Part shown: positions 41,577-51,520 of the stretch, in pieces
How the letters are laid out: each line of letters starts with the position of its first letter
Numbering within the stretch: position 1 is the first letter of the stretch
NCBI GenBank assembly: GCA_963737905.1
Contig: CAVTUQ010000007.1
Span: 423,678-487,677 of the forward strand
DNA length: 64,000 nucleotides
Origin: an uncultured delta proteobacterium
GTDB taxonomy: Bacteria > Desulfobacterota > Binatia > UBA9968
Direction of reading: 5' to 3'
Made by a program: the position numbers and the translations under genes
Notes under the pieces: model-generated
The model's input: only the letters and a program-made list of their open reading frames with translations
What the model was told of the DNA's origin: nothing
Databases searched by the model: none

Positions 41577-42591
41577 CTATTTCTTAGCCCATAGTTGATC
41601 GAAAAAACCGCTCTTTTCCATTTCATCCAGATAACGAGTGTCGATCATTTCCTGGGGTTTGACTTTCTTGGCCCGGGGGTCGGTTGCCGAGAGTTCATCC
41701 AGAATCGCCTGTAACGATTCCGTCTTGATCACCAAACGCGGCTCCAAGACCTTGATTTCAGCATTGTACGCCGAGTCCAGAACATTGCGGTCGGTTACTC
41801 GCAGATACTTGCCCAGCACTTTGTAAACAAACTCACGATCCGTGTGCATCAGCTTGGCGGTTTCCGCCATCGTGCGCATGAAATTGCCGATGACCTGGGG
41901 TCGCTTTCGCGATCACGGAGCGCTTGGTCACGAACGCGGTCGCAGCGTAGGGAATTTTCAGATCGGGGCCGTAGATTACGTAATGATACCCGCGCGCAAT
42001 CGCCAGCGCATCCGTCGGTGGCGTGAGATTGGCGACATCGATCGATCCGCTGACAAAAGCCGCAAAAGTCTCGGGATCGCCGCCGGTTTGGATGAATTGT
42101 ACGTCGCGACTGGCGTCCATGCCAAAGCGGCGCAGTGCCTGGATGGTAAAATAGTGGGAATTGCCGCCAATCCGGCTCACGCCGATCTTCTTTCCTTTGA
42201 GGTCTTCAGGTTTTTTGATATTTCCGCCGGCCACCAGTGTTTGAGTCATGGTGTTTTTTACGCCGCCGATGAACACGACATCGGTGGATCCCCGGGTATA
42301 TGCGGCGACGTTCCCGACCCCGCCGGTCACCGTCATCTCCGCGTCGCCGCCCAACAATGCCGCCGTCACGATTCCCGACGAAGAGATAAAGACTAAACTG
42401 AAATCGAGATTGTATTTCTTGAACAAGCCCGCTTCCTGCGCCATCCATGGCATCGATTGCGACATCACCCGCGCGGAATGAATCCCCACCAGTTTATCCG
42501 CCGCCCCGGCTAAACCTTTGGCCAAGAACATCGTGACTGGCAGGAACAGTGCAAAACACCCTGCTGCTAATCTAGTTGCTCGGATATTCAT
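41577..42591 (-). CDS. ABC substrate-binding protein, NitT/TauT (frameshift about 41900)
   Basis: ORFs 41833-42591 and 41577-41879 join; GLFKKYNLD, DLKGKKIGV. Confidence 0.87.
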
Positions 42592-42606
42592 TCAGCTGGT
42601 CCCCTC

Positions 42607-42723
42607 CTAACGTTTACCGTAAAGCTCTTGCACAAATCCACTATCTTCTAACTCCTTTAGGAACCGGTTGTCAAAGAACTCTTTGGGATCTGCGGTAGCA
42701 GCTTTGGGATGATCGGTCACCGA
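42607..42723 (-). pseudogene. orphan C-terminal remnant of a NitT/TauT binding protein
   Basis: Translates SVTDHPKAATADPKEFFDNRFLKELEDSGFVQELYGKR*; no start codon. Confidence 0.8.
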
Positions 42724-42725
42724 TG

Positions 42726-43751
42726 CTATGTCCAGAATCGCTCCTTCCACTGATCGATCGCCTTCGGGTTTACCACCGTATCGGGAGCTTTGCCGTCGAG
42801 GATCGAAAGAATGCTTTCGGCTGCCATGCGCTGTCCAGCTTCCGCGGAGCCGGGATTGTTGCCGATGATGTGCGGCGTCATGATCAGCCTCGCTGGATCG
42901 ACCTCCCGCAACGGATTGCTTATCGGCGTTGGCTCTTCAGCAAAAACGTCCAGTGCCGCGCCCGCAATGATTTTCTCATTCAATGCCCGGGCTAAATCCG
43001 CTTCGTTGATTGCCGGACCCCGCGAGGTATTAATAATGTAGGCCGTAGGCTTCATCATCTTAAGTTCCCGAAGCGTGATCAGGTTACGGGTTTCCCGTGT
43101 AAGAACGACGTGAAGCGTCACGACATCCGACTCTCGCAGCAGTTCCTCGAGGCTCACCATTCTGATATTAAGCGGCGCCACCGTTTCCTGGGACACGTAG
43201 GGATCATAGCCTAGAAACTTCATCTCCCAGGGGCCGAGCCTCTTGGCAACATTGCGGCCGATGCGGCCGACGCCGATGATCCCGATGGTTTTGCCGACCA
43301 TCAGCGTCCCGCGGTTTTCCGGCTCTTTCCACTGTCCGACCCGCAGGAAGGCCTCGTTGAACTTGAGCCGTTTGAACAGAGCCACCGCGAAACCGACGGT
43401 CGCTTCGGCGACTCCCAGGTAATTCTCTGGAGTCGGACTATTGCAACAAAGGATCCCGAGATCCGTGGCGGCATCCACGTCAACCGTTTCGATCCCGATA
43501 CTCGACTTCACCACCGCTTGCAGATCCGGGCAGGAATCCAAGATCTCCGCGCCGATCACGTCGCGGCCCGACGGATAGACCACCGGACAATCGCCGATGA
43601 GATCGACCAATTCCCGCCGCTCGTACTTATAGGTGCGAAAGTCGTCGGCGTTTTTGCCCAACACCAGCTCGCAGCCCGCGCCCCGCAACAACTCTTCGGC
43701 AAGCTTTAGCCTCATGGGCCCCGTGAAACAGACTTTACGTTTTGCCGCCAT
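42726..43751 (-). CDS. D-isomer-specific 2-hydroxyacid dehydrogenase (SerA-like)
   Basis: GIIGVGRIG, INTSRG, ALDVFAEEP, TPHI. Confidence 0.92.
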   Translation of the reverse strand: MAAKRKVCFTGPMRLKLAEELLRGAGCELVLGKNADDFRTYKYERRELVDLIGDCPVVYPSGRDVIGAEILDSCPDLQAVVKSSIGIETVDVDAATDLGILCCNSPTPENYLGVAEATVGFAVALFKRLKFNEAFLRVGQWKEPENRGTLMVGKTIGIIGVGRIGRNVAKRLGPWEMKFLGYDPYVSQETVAPLNIRMVSLEELLRESDVVTLHVVLTRETRNLITLRELKMMKPTAYIINTSRGPAINEADLARALNEKIIAGAALDVFAEEPTPISNPLREVDPARLIMTPHIIGNNPGSAEAGQRMAAESILSILDGKAPDTVVNPKAIDQWKERFWT

Positions 43752-43759
43752 AGATGTCC

Positions 43760-44782
43760 TCAATGCAAGTTGTAGAGCTTCTTGGCGCTTTCTGCCAAAA
43801 GCCATTTTTTGGCCTCTTCGTTCAGGTCTTCACGCCGGCTCAGATGTTCGATGTTTTCCGGAAATTCGGTGTCCCAGTGGGGATAATCCGACGCATAGTA
43901 GATGACCTTGTGCGACAAAAGATTTGCCGTGGCGCCGATCAACGGTTCGTAATCCTCCGCATGAAAATAGATCCGCCCGTCTTTAAAATACTCGGTGGGT
44001 TTGTTCTTACAGTTGGGCGCTTCGATTTTGCCGCGTTTTTCCCACTCTTCGTTCATTCTCCCGAACCAATAGGGCGCCCAACTGCAACCCGCCTCCATGA
44101 AGGCGACGCGCAGCTTGGGAAAACGGTCGAACACGCCGCGAAACATCATGCTCGTGCATTGCAGCATTTGGGCAAACGAATGGGATAGGGTATGCACTTC
44201 GATAAACTGGTCGAACATGTCGCCGGCAAAATAGTGCGGACCCCTTACTGTGGCATGGACTCCGACCATGCAGTCTAATTTTTCCGCCTCTTCATAGATC
44301 GGCCAGAAGCTTTCGTGTCCCAGAGGGAGCCGCAATCCCACGGCGGGCAACATGAGGCCGACAAGCTTCAGCTCTTTGACGGCCCGACGGAGTTCCTTGA
44401 CCGCTTCGGGCACATCCTGAAAAGGAACCAGCGCCACCGCCTTCAGCCGCGGGCTAACTTTTTGAAATTCTTCTGCGACGAAGTCGTTCCAGGCTTTTGA
44501 GTACGCTACGGCCACATCCGGCTCCCGAATCCAGCCCACACTGAGGCCGTTCGTCGGATACAGGACCGCAGTCGACACGCCCCCCTTGTCCATAGCATCA
44601 AGCCAACTTTTCGCATCTCTTGCACGAGTGCCCAACGTTCCTCCCAAGGAGCGGTCCCAACTATCTCTGGGAGTAAGGGTTGCCGATCTGTCGCGATAGC
44701 GTGCTTCCATATATTGCTTCAATTGATTGTCTTCCTCGGTGATATGACCGTCCGCGTCGATCACTTCGAAATGGTTTGCCAT
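43760..44782 (-). CDS. amidohydrolase_2 family protein
   Basis: IDADGH, VGVH, MEAGCSW, ASDYPHWD; paralogue of 39250-40269. Confidence 0.92.
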   Translation of the reverse strand: MANHFEVIDADGHITEEDNQLKQYMEARYRDRSATLTPRDSWDRSLGGTLGTRARDAKSWLDAMDKGGVSTAVLYPTNGLSVGWIREPDVAVAYSKAWNDFVAEEFQKVSPRLKAVALVPFQDVPEAVKELRRAVKELKLVGLMLPAVGLRLPLGHESFWPIYEEAEKLDCMVGVHATVRGPHYFAGDMFDQFIEVHTLSHSFAQMLQCTSMMFRGVFDRFPKLRVAFMEAGCSWAPYWFGRMNEEWEKRGKIEAPNCKNKPTEYFKDGRIYFHAEDYEPLIGATANLLSHKVIYYASDYPHWDTEFPENIEHLSRREDLNEEAKKWLLAESAKKLYNLH

Positions 44783-44964
44783 GGCCGGCTCCTTTCTATT
44801 TACTTTACCTCTTGCCACTCGTCTACGCCTCAAAGGAGTAGCGTGTCAAGAGAGAATTGTGTTACGAAATGAAGGACATGCCTTCTCGCTGGTCAACAAC
44901 GGGAGGAAAGGTGTTTTTCGGCTTAAACTGGAACAGAGGACCGGACGATGGGGGAGTTCAGCCG

Positions 44965-45273
44965 ATGAAACAATCATGCTACTTGGTGCTTTTGCTGGCG
45001 TGGGTGCTCTGGATTCGAACCCAAGGACCGGCGGTAGATAGTTGGTCGGGAGCCCCCGGATTCCTAAATCAGGAAAAATGTCTGGCCAGCATGAAAGAAA
45101 AGCTGGATCTATGGCGGCAGTTCGGAGACGCAAAGTTTGCCGGCAACGCAGTTACGTTTACCGAAAACAAGACCACGATGACCTACTATTGCTTGCCTGA
45201 TTCAGAGGATCCGCGGCGGAAACCTAAACGACCGGGTGGCACCGGAGAGCCGCAAGAGCCGCCGTCAAAGTAG
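44965..45273 (+). CDS. small secreted/membrane protein with a Cys pair
   Basis: GGGGAG RBS; AWVLW motif, C..YYCLPDSEDPR. Confidence 0.65.
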   Translation: MKQSCYLVLLLAWVLWIRTQGPAVDSWSGAPGFLNQEKCLASMKEKLDLWRQFGDAKFAGNAVTFTENKTTMTYYCLPDSEDPRRKPKRPGGTGEPQEPPSK

Positions 45274-45457
45274 AGCCTAAATTGCAGCGGAAGAAATCCC
45301 GTAGTCATGTCGAGAGGCAGGATGTTGCTGCTTACCAAGTTCTAGGCTCGCTCTCGATCGGACCCTCGAACTCTCCCGTGTCCACATGTTCACTGCCTTG
45401 AATGGTGACCCGAGAAGAGCTCTTCGTGCTTCTCCCAATGAAGCGTAGAAAGAAGCC

Positions 45458-45790
45458 TCAACTCTCGAAAAGCTCTTTTAATTTTGCCTGTCGTTCTCGG
45501 AGCCGGTCTTCGGCAACGCAAATGATTGTATCCAGCTGTAGATCGATGAATTGTTCGCTCGATTGGTAGGCGACGGGCTTTAGGACCCAGGGATATTCGA
45601 TCAAATCGGCCAACATGGCATAGGGTCTAAGATCGTGGCGGTAAATGGGGGCAAAGGGAATTTTGAAGTGCGGCACGGTCGCGTAGAGTTCCTGCGGGAC
45701 GGAGGGCCCGCCGATGTCTGCGATCACAAACCGGGATAGTCCCGCCAGTGTTTTCACTGTCTCGGTCAATTCTTGACCTACAACGAAGAT
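45458..45790 (-). pseudogene. C-terminal remnant of a pentapeptide-repeat-associated domain
   Basis: ELTETVKTLAGLSRFVIADIGGPSVPQELYATVP..YPWVL. Confidence 0.55.
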
Positions 45791-46266
45791 CAAGCTCCGG
45801 ACAATCCGGAACCACTCGGCCGATCCTTGCCATGTTCCGTACCGAATGTGACACACAGGCAAACTGCTTTATTCTTGTTACGTAGTGCGGGCCAAGAAAC
45901 CGCCGGCAGGCGCGCGCTCGCCGTCGCTTTGACGACCACTCGCTCTAGCAGATGGAAAGAGAACGTGTCACTATTCAGAACATCGGACCGCTGTGGCCCG
46001 AGTCATAGCCCGGATAGTCACGCATGAGTCAAGTTCCCGGATGGGTGGCTAACCCGTCGTGCGGAGCCCCATGCGCAACAACCCACCGATTTATCCGACG
46101 AACAAGGAGAATAAGCATGAAGCAGGACGCACGCAAAAATTCGCATAGGCGCAAGAGACAAAAGAGGCGCCTTGCTATGAGGAAGTACATGGCGGACAAG
46201 AAATCAAAGGGGGTGGTAGCGTGAAAATGAAAGGACTAAGAGATTAAAGGGGCTACTCTTTTTATC

Positions 46267-46760
46267 TCAGCTCCTCATCTCGCTCACTGCGGGTCGGCCC
46301 CGTGGACGCATGGTACTTTCAAGTCCAAACTGACTTGCGATCTTCGTCTGCCAGTCTGATTCTCCAAAAGGTCTTTGGCGATTCACTGACGCACGAATTG
46401 AAGCCAGTTGGCTCGCTGATAATGGTTCGTCCACCTGTGCTAACCAGTTCACCTCGACTTCCACTGGACAGGGATCGGCCAGCTCGCTCCGGCACCAACT
46501 TGACCCTGGCCAATCATCTACCGACGCCGCCAAGCCCGATCTAACTGGATTCTGCAAAACATAGCGCAGCACCATTAGCAAATGTTCGTCGCGCTGCACT
46601 GGAAAACTCTTAAATCGGCCCTGCCATACATGCCCGCTGCTGCCGTAATGCTGTGATAACGCCGTACATGACTGGTCAAAAGCCATTGCATGAATCGGCT
46701 CAATGCAGTTTGATGCGCCGGTTCGAGAACGAGATGAAAGTGATTGGGCATCAGGCAAGC
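46267..46760 (-). pseudogene. RAYT (REP-associated HUH tyrosine transposase) type 1, central and C-terminal part
   Basis: CLMPNHFHLVLEP..LSRFMQWLLTSHVRRY..GHVWQGRFKSF..RYVLQNPVRSGL..RPRGRP; frameshift about 46655; N-terminus detached. Confidence 0.85.
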
Positions 46761-46863
46761 GGGAATTTACTGATCTTTTTTGGGACGCCAGACATCGAGT
46801 CTTAGCCGACTTCGACATCTTGAACGGAGCGCAGCGGTGGACGACTCGAACGATTGGAACTGG

Positions 46864-47229
46864 CTATCCTCGGCCTCTAGGACTTGGCCCGGTGCGAACT
46901 CGCCCTGGTTGTAAGACAGTAAAGCTTCCGATCAGGCGTTGTCCTCGTCGCCGTACGACTTCAACCACCGTGGCGGGGAGGCTACGCCGTACACGGGCCG
47001 GGAAACGGATAAAAATTACACCACCTGTCTTCTCCATCTTAGCGTAGACTAACTGACCGAAATCCTTGTCTTCGGTAATCAAGAGGCGGCCTTCTCTAAC
47101 GGCTCGTTCCATGACGTCCTGGTCTTCTTCACGCGGTGACACTTCAGCGATTGCTACGACGTCGTGATCTGCAGAACGAAGAGCTCGTACGACCGCAAAA
47201 TCGCAGCTCTCGTCGGCGAGAAAGCGCAT
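46864..47229 (-). CDS. DUF5615 PIN-like toxin
   Basis: MRFLADES..LITEDKDFGQL. Confidence 0.9.
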   Translation of the reverse strand: MRFLADESCDFAVVRALRSADHDVVAIAEVSPREEDQDVMERAVREGRLLITEDKDFGQLVYAKMEKTGGVIFIRFPARVRRSLPATVVEVVRRRGQRLIGSFTVLQPGRVRTGPSPRGRG

Positions 47230-47232
47230 CGA

Positions 47233-47487
47233 CTATCGGTGAGTCTGGGTTTTTTTTCGCGGCGTCACGAGCAAAGTTTCTTCGTGAGCCAACGTATCCG
47301 CTGCATAGCCTATGGCCGCTTGAATATCTTGACGTGAGAGACGAGGATAGGCGTCGACCAGATCATCCTCAGTCGCACCTTCGCTAAGCTTCCTGAGGAT
47401 TAGCTCAACAGGGATGCGGGTTCCGCGGATGACTGGTTTCCCTAACATCACCCTTGGATTGACTTCTATACGATCCGTAACTGTCAT
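47233..47487 (-). CDS. DUF433 antitoxin
   Basis: RIEVNPRVMLGKPVIRGTRIPVE..YPRLS..DIQAAIGYA. Confidence 0.93.
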   Translation of the reverse strand: MTVTDRIEVNPRVMLGKPVIRGTRIPVELILRKLSEGATEDDLVDAYPRLSRQDIQAAIGYAADTLAHEETLLVTPRKKTQTHR

Positions 47488-47687
47488 GACACGTTCCCCA
47501 AATGGCTCACATATTCTGGCACTCGCAACGGCACTAGGTCAAGCAGCTAGCCGACTATCGATGGGTTCAGAAGATTAGGGTTTATCGCGTTCGATCCCGC
47601 TGGCAACGCGTTACGCCGCCAATTCTAGATCTTTGGTTTGTGGACCGAGACCATTGGAACAACTGGAACTTTTGTAAACCGCCCTTA

Positions 47688-47980
47688 AGTTACTTTGAAC
47701 TCTTGAACCTTGAACTTTGAACCGCCGCAAGGCTTTGACGGAGCGCAGCGATTGAACCCTTCGATAGACTCGGGGCAGGCTTCTGGAACGTTTGGAACAG
47801 GCGCAAGCCAAAATAGTCCTGAGGTTTATGAAAGATCGTCGCGCGACCATTTCCTCGGTTGATCACGTGATAAACAAAACCAGCTTGCAGCCCACGCGGG
47901 ATACTCGGCATCAGCAGCGTCTATCACACCGCTACATGCGATCGCAACGGGCGAAAAGTAGCCTGTCCCCCTTTATTCCC
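47688..47980 (-). repeat. repeat module A: GAAC array + RAYT1 5' fragment + element end
   Basis: Near-identical to 51748-52035; encodes MPSIPRGLQAGFVYHVINRGNGRATIFHKPQDY; ends AAAAGTAGCCTGTCCCCCTTTATTC. Confidence 0.9.
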
Positions 47981-48010
47981 TTCTCTAATTTTCTCCGGGA
48001 CCAAAACACT

Positions 48011-48229
48011 TTAAGTGGTTTGGGTGGGACCGATGCCTTCAATAACGACCTGACGTAACGTTTCTTTTCCGCCGAAGCGCTTGATAGCATCCAGAATTTC
48101 TATGCCGGCCAACTTTCCGTCGGCGTCGTAATCAGCCGCTATCCCTTCTCCTAGATGCTTGGTGGTCACGGTTGTTTCGCGAAACGTGATACTTAGCGCA
48201 TCGACTTCTGAATCGTAACTAATCTTCAT
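48011..48229 (-). CDS. DUF2283 family antitoxin
   Basis: MKISYDSEVDALSI..DYDADGKLAGIEILDA. Confidence 0.9.
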   Translation of the reverse strand: MKISYDSEVDALSITFRETTVTTKHLGEGIAADYDADGKLAGIEILDAIKRFGGKETLRQVVIEGIGPTQTT

Positions 48230-48242
48230 ATAGTGTCCCTCG

Positions 48243-48497
48243 TCAAGAGTAATAAGTATAAACCGTCACAACTACGATTTCATCCGCTTCTTCCACGAAA
48301 ATTGGCCGGACTTCTTTGGTTGCATAGAGCCTCTTATTCCATTCTCGGTTAAACGGAAATATCTTGCGGCACTCCATGCGGCCGAGTTCCGCCGGTTCCC
48401 ATCGTCTCGTCTGTATCGTATCCTCCACCTCGGCAACTGTAAATCCTCGCTTGGCGATATAACTCAACGCATGCGCCGAGAGTCTTATGGGTTTCAT
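48243..48497 (-). CDS. DUF4258-like toxin
   Basis: IRLSAHA..RG.T..EVE..I..IVVVTVY. Confidence 0.82.
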   Translation of the reverse strand: MKPIRLSAHALSYIAKRGFTVAEVEDTIQTRRWEPAELGRMECRKIFPFNREWNKRLYATKEVRPIFVEEADEIVVVTVYTYYS

Positions 48498-48611
48498 TTA
48501 GAATTGATCTATAGCAGGAGACGCCGATTGCTGCGAGTCAGCTGAATGTCCCGGACTGAACGGAGCGAAGCGGTTAAACGACTGGAACAATTTGGAACCG
48601 GCTGCTGTTTA

Positions 48612-48791
48612 AATGAGTGATGTGCCAAACGTAACCAGGCAGGAAGTAACGGTTCGCGCGCGGCATCGATTTTTCTTAGAAGGCCCTTTTCACGGTTAAA
48701 AAGCGGCTTCTAAGCTCTTAAACGACGCCTCTTATGCCTACCTTAAGTTGATAAATCAAGCAGTCGGCCGGGTCCGACCCAAACACGGTTC
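48612..48791 (-). pseudogene. RAYT type 2 5' fragment with its terminal repeat
   Basis: 48666-48612 translates MPRANRYFLPGYVWHITH; GGTCCGACCC-AAACACGGTTC at 48771-48791 is the inverse of 61591-61615. Confidence 0.8.
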
Positions 48792-48965
48792 AATGTCGAT
48801 TGGAACGGCTAGAACGGATTGATCTCCGTGATGAACGGAGCATGGCGATTGAACGGCTGGAACGATTGGAACGGCCGGAACTAATCTTCGATGGCAGCGG
48901 AGCGCTCGCTCAACGCCAAGAACTCAAGACAGTTATCGAATGAGTGGGGGTAGATCTCTTCTATT

Positions 48966-49217
48966 CTATGTCCGTGCCGAAGACTCAATTACAGGCAGGC
49001 GAATCTGACGGGAACGGCTCCGAGTCTTAAGGTTAGCCTCGATCCGTTTAAGCACAGCCGCCTTGTAGTAGCGCTCCCCGCATTGCTCGCAGACACCCGT
49101 CGGTACACCATCAACCAAGGCAACCAATTTGTCACCCCAGAAACAGGGTTTCTGGATCCGACGCTCTGTTACACGACCTCCGCAAAAAGTGCAATCATCG
49201 TACTCGTATTTAGCCAT
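48966..49217 (-). CDS. YgiT/MqsA-type zinc-finger antitoxin
   Basis: CTFCGG..VPTGVCEQCGERYY. Confidence 0.88.
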   Translation of the reverse strand: MAKYEYDDCTFCGGRVTERRIQKPCFWGDKLVALVDGVPTGVCEQCGERYYKAAVLKRIEANLKTRSRSRQIRLPVIESSART

Positions 49218-49218
49218 C

Positions 49219-49395
49219 GTTACCTCCTCCGCTTTCTTTCATCAACCCATCTGGGTTGGGATGGAATATAAACCGTAATAAGCCTGACTCTCCTCGAAGG
49301 GGTTTGTCCGCAAACAACATACGCTCATCTTCAGCATGGCCACTAAACTCATAGTTTCCCAAACGAATCTGTTGTTTGATCCACTCGATATCCAA
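49219..49395 (-). pseudogene. DUF4258 toxin with internal deletion
   Basis: YEFSGHAEDER is joined out of frame to VVCGQTPSRRVRLITVYIPSQPRWVDERKRRR*. Confidence 0.75.
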
Positions 49396-49665
49396 TCATC
49401 AATTCTACCATGGGTCAGGAGGAGACGAAAACGACACGGGGCCGTTCAGTCCGGGCCGATGAAAAATGAATCAATGATGCGATCGGGTCGAAGACCTAAT
49501 GAAGCAAGCGGAAGAAGGGAGTCAAAGGCGAAGAGAGGGCCTGAGTCCGAAGTTCCGCGCCGTCTGAATTCCAATTGGTCACCGCTTAGGGTTCGAAAAA
49601 ATGGCAACGGTTGCTATGTGTCTACCTTAAATTCTACCTGATGTTTTGGTTTGTGGGATCGGAAA

Positions 49666-49860
49666 AAACTCGAAACTAGAAACCCGAAACTAGAAACTGC
49701 GACTATTCAGCCGCTTTGGAAACCTCCGCAGCCACAGTCAACAGCGCCAGTTGACGCTTTTGGTCCTACAGGCGATGCGAAACTCAGGCTTGGACATTCC
49801 CTGATTTGTTGGTTGCGGACTTGGGGACAACTTGAAACTCGAAACCAGAAACTAGAAACG
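49666..49860 (+). repeat. two direct 7-bp GAAACYN arrays
   Basis: AAACTCG AAACTAG AAACCCG AAACTAG (49666-49700) and 49829-49860. Confidence 0.8.
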
Positions 49861-50021
49861 GCAAACGTGCCACTCCATTCCTACCCCGGATTTTTGGAAA
49901 AACTATCTTCTCCGAATCGCATTCAGGGCAACAGTCGATCCTTGGGGGTCTGAAAAGTGTCTCTATGGATTCTCAAGAGATTGGCAACCGCCTCGATGAA
50001 CGAATCTATGGATTGTAGGAA

Positions 50022-50327
50022 TTAACTGAGAACCACCGCCTTAAAGGCGGTGGGTTCCGTTCCGTCTAAAGACGGCTCAAGGGCGATATACGTCCCATGA
50101 ACACTCACACAGTTCGTCGCCACGTCAAGCACGCAGCCCTGCGCCAACACATCACAAACATCGCGACCCTCTCTGCCTTTACCATTGCCGACAAACTTTC
50201 GTCACGGATCTTTGCTTCATCTTCCCTTAAACCCCCAGCTTCAGCTGGGGGAGCAAGCGGATCATCAACCTTGAAGGCTTCGCCTAAAGGCGAGGGATTT
50301 TCTCCCATTCCCAGAAGGAGACATTAA
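50022..50327. mobile_element. non-autonomous palindrome-rich element (IS200/IS605-end-like)
   Basis: Hairpins ACCACCGCC-TTAAA-GGCGGTGG, CCCCCAGC-TTCA-GCTGGGGG and TCGCC-TAAA-GGCGA; ATTAA at both ends; no transposase. Confidence 0.55.
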
Positions 50328-50356
50328 GTGTCTGGCATCCGAAGGCCAGACACAAT

Positions 50357-50815
50357 TTATCGTTTCCTCGTGTCGAGGACCCGACCGTCAGACAGGATTA
50401 GCTGAGCGCCGCCATCGGGTGTAAACGACTGTGCCACAACCTGTGGACCTTTGCCTCGTAATGCGTCACAAATCCGTTCGTGTAACTCGACAAACGAGAT
50501 TGACGCGTAGTCTCTGCCAGAAACAACCAGCAATGGGTTGACGTACTCTTGGGGTGAACGAGCGGTACCTTTCTGGGTTTCCTCCGTGACGATCACAACC
50601 GCTCGCATGAACTCGCCATCTCCATCTGCGTTTACCTCCATCGGAGGCGGCAGGAATTCAGTGTAGGGGTCGCCATCCTCGTAACCAAACCTCCGAGTTG
50701 GCGTACCAATGTGCGCGGGAACCCCTTGAGCGGTAACTCTGATCCATTCGCAACCGACGTAAAAATCCCCATACCGGGGGAACTGCAGGGACCAAAGTGT
50801 GGCGTAAATGCTCAT
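50357..50815 (-). CDS. hypothetical protein
   Basis: 152-aa plausible ORF (AQGVPAHIG, QEYVNPLL); followed by hairpin GTGTCTGGC/GCCAGACAC. Confidence 0.7.
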   Translation of the reverse strand: MSIYATLWSLQFPRYGDFYVGCEWIRVTAQGVPAHIGTPTRRFGYEDGDPYTEFLPPPMEVNADGDGEFMRAVVIVTEETQKGTARSPQEYVNPLLVVSGRDYASISFVELHERICDALRGKGPQVVAQSFTPDGGAQLILSDGRVLDTRKR

Positions 50816-50846
50816 GGTGTTTTCTGCGTAGTGCTGGTGGCGTTTC

Positions 50847-51254
50847 CTATACTGTCCAATCGTTGACGGACAACCCTTCGATATGTTGGAAGTCGGTATC
50901 GCGGGTTATCAGCACGGCATCTAATGCCAGAGCGGTCGCAGCAATCCACAAATCATTCTCATCCAAAACCAGTCCTTTTTGTTGGCGTGTTAGCTTAATC
51001 TTCGCATAATGATCGCCCGCCGCTTCAGGAACTGACTCGCACGGAATAACAGCGAATAGAGGCCCCGCTTGGCCTTCCAGATCTTGCCGGCGCTTGCTTC
51101 GCGGAAGCTGCTCAATACCATAACGAATTTCACCCCGGACAACCGTGCAAATCACAACTCTATCCGCAGGTGCGAGAGAGGACATGCGAGCATCTAGCTT
51201 CGAATGCTTCCTCATCAAGTCACTGAAAGCGTTGGTGTCCAGCAAGAAAATCAT
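50847..51254 (-). CDS. vapC: VapC PIN-domain toxin
   Basis: FLLDTN, GEIRYG, NDLWIAATAL, LITRDTDF. Confidence 0.92.
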   Translation of the reverse strand: MIFLLDTNAFSDLMRKHSKLDARMSSLAPADRVVICTVVRGEIRYGIEQLPRSKRRQDLEGQAGPLFAVIPCESVPEAAGDHYAKIKLTRQQKGLVLDENDLWIAATALALDAVLITRDTDFQHIEGLSVNDWTV

Positions 51255-51520
51255 CGCCCGTTGTCCGCTTCGTCTTTTTCAAACTCACCCTGCATGCGCA
51301 CGGGCAATCTTCCTTGTCTAATCAATTGCTCCAATTTATCAACGTCATCCGGGTTAAGATCTGGCAAACTCCGCATCACCTTGAGGATCGTCGGCGCCGA
51401 CCCGGGTTGAAAGTCTGGGTGCAAGGCCTCCACCGAAACACTAACAGCTTGCCACTCTGAATACGGAAGCGACTCTTCGAGTTCGATTATTTTTCCTTTA
51501 GCCACACCTTTATACGTCAT
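51251..51520 (-). CDS. putative antitoxin of the VapC
   Basis: MTYKGVAKGKIIELEESLP; ATGA overlap with vapC; GGAGG RBS. Confidence 0.75.
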   Translation of the reverse strand: MTYKGVAKGKIIELEESLPYSEWQAVSVSVEALHPDFQPGSAPTILKVMRSLPDLNPDDVDKLEQLIRQGRLPVRMQGEFEKDEADNGR

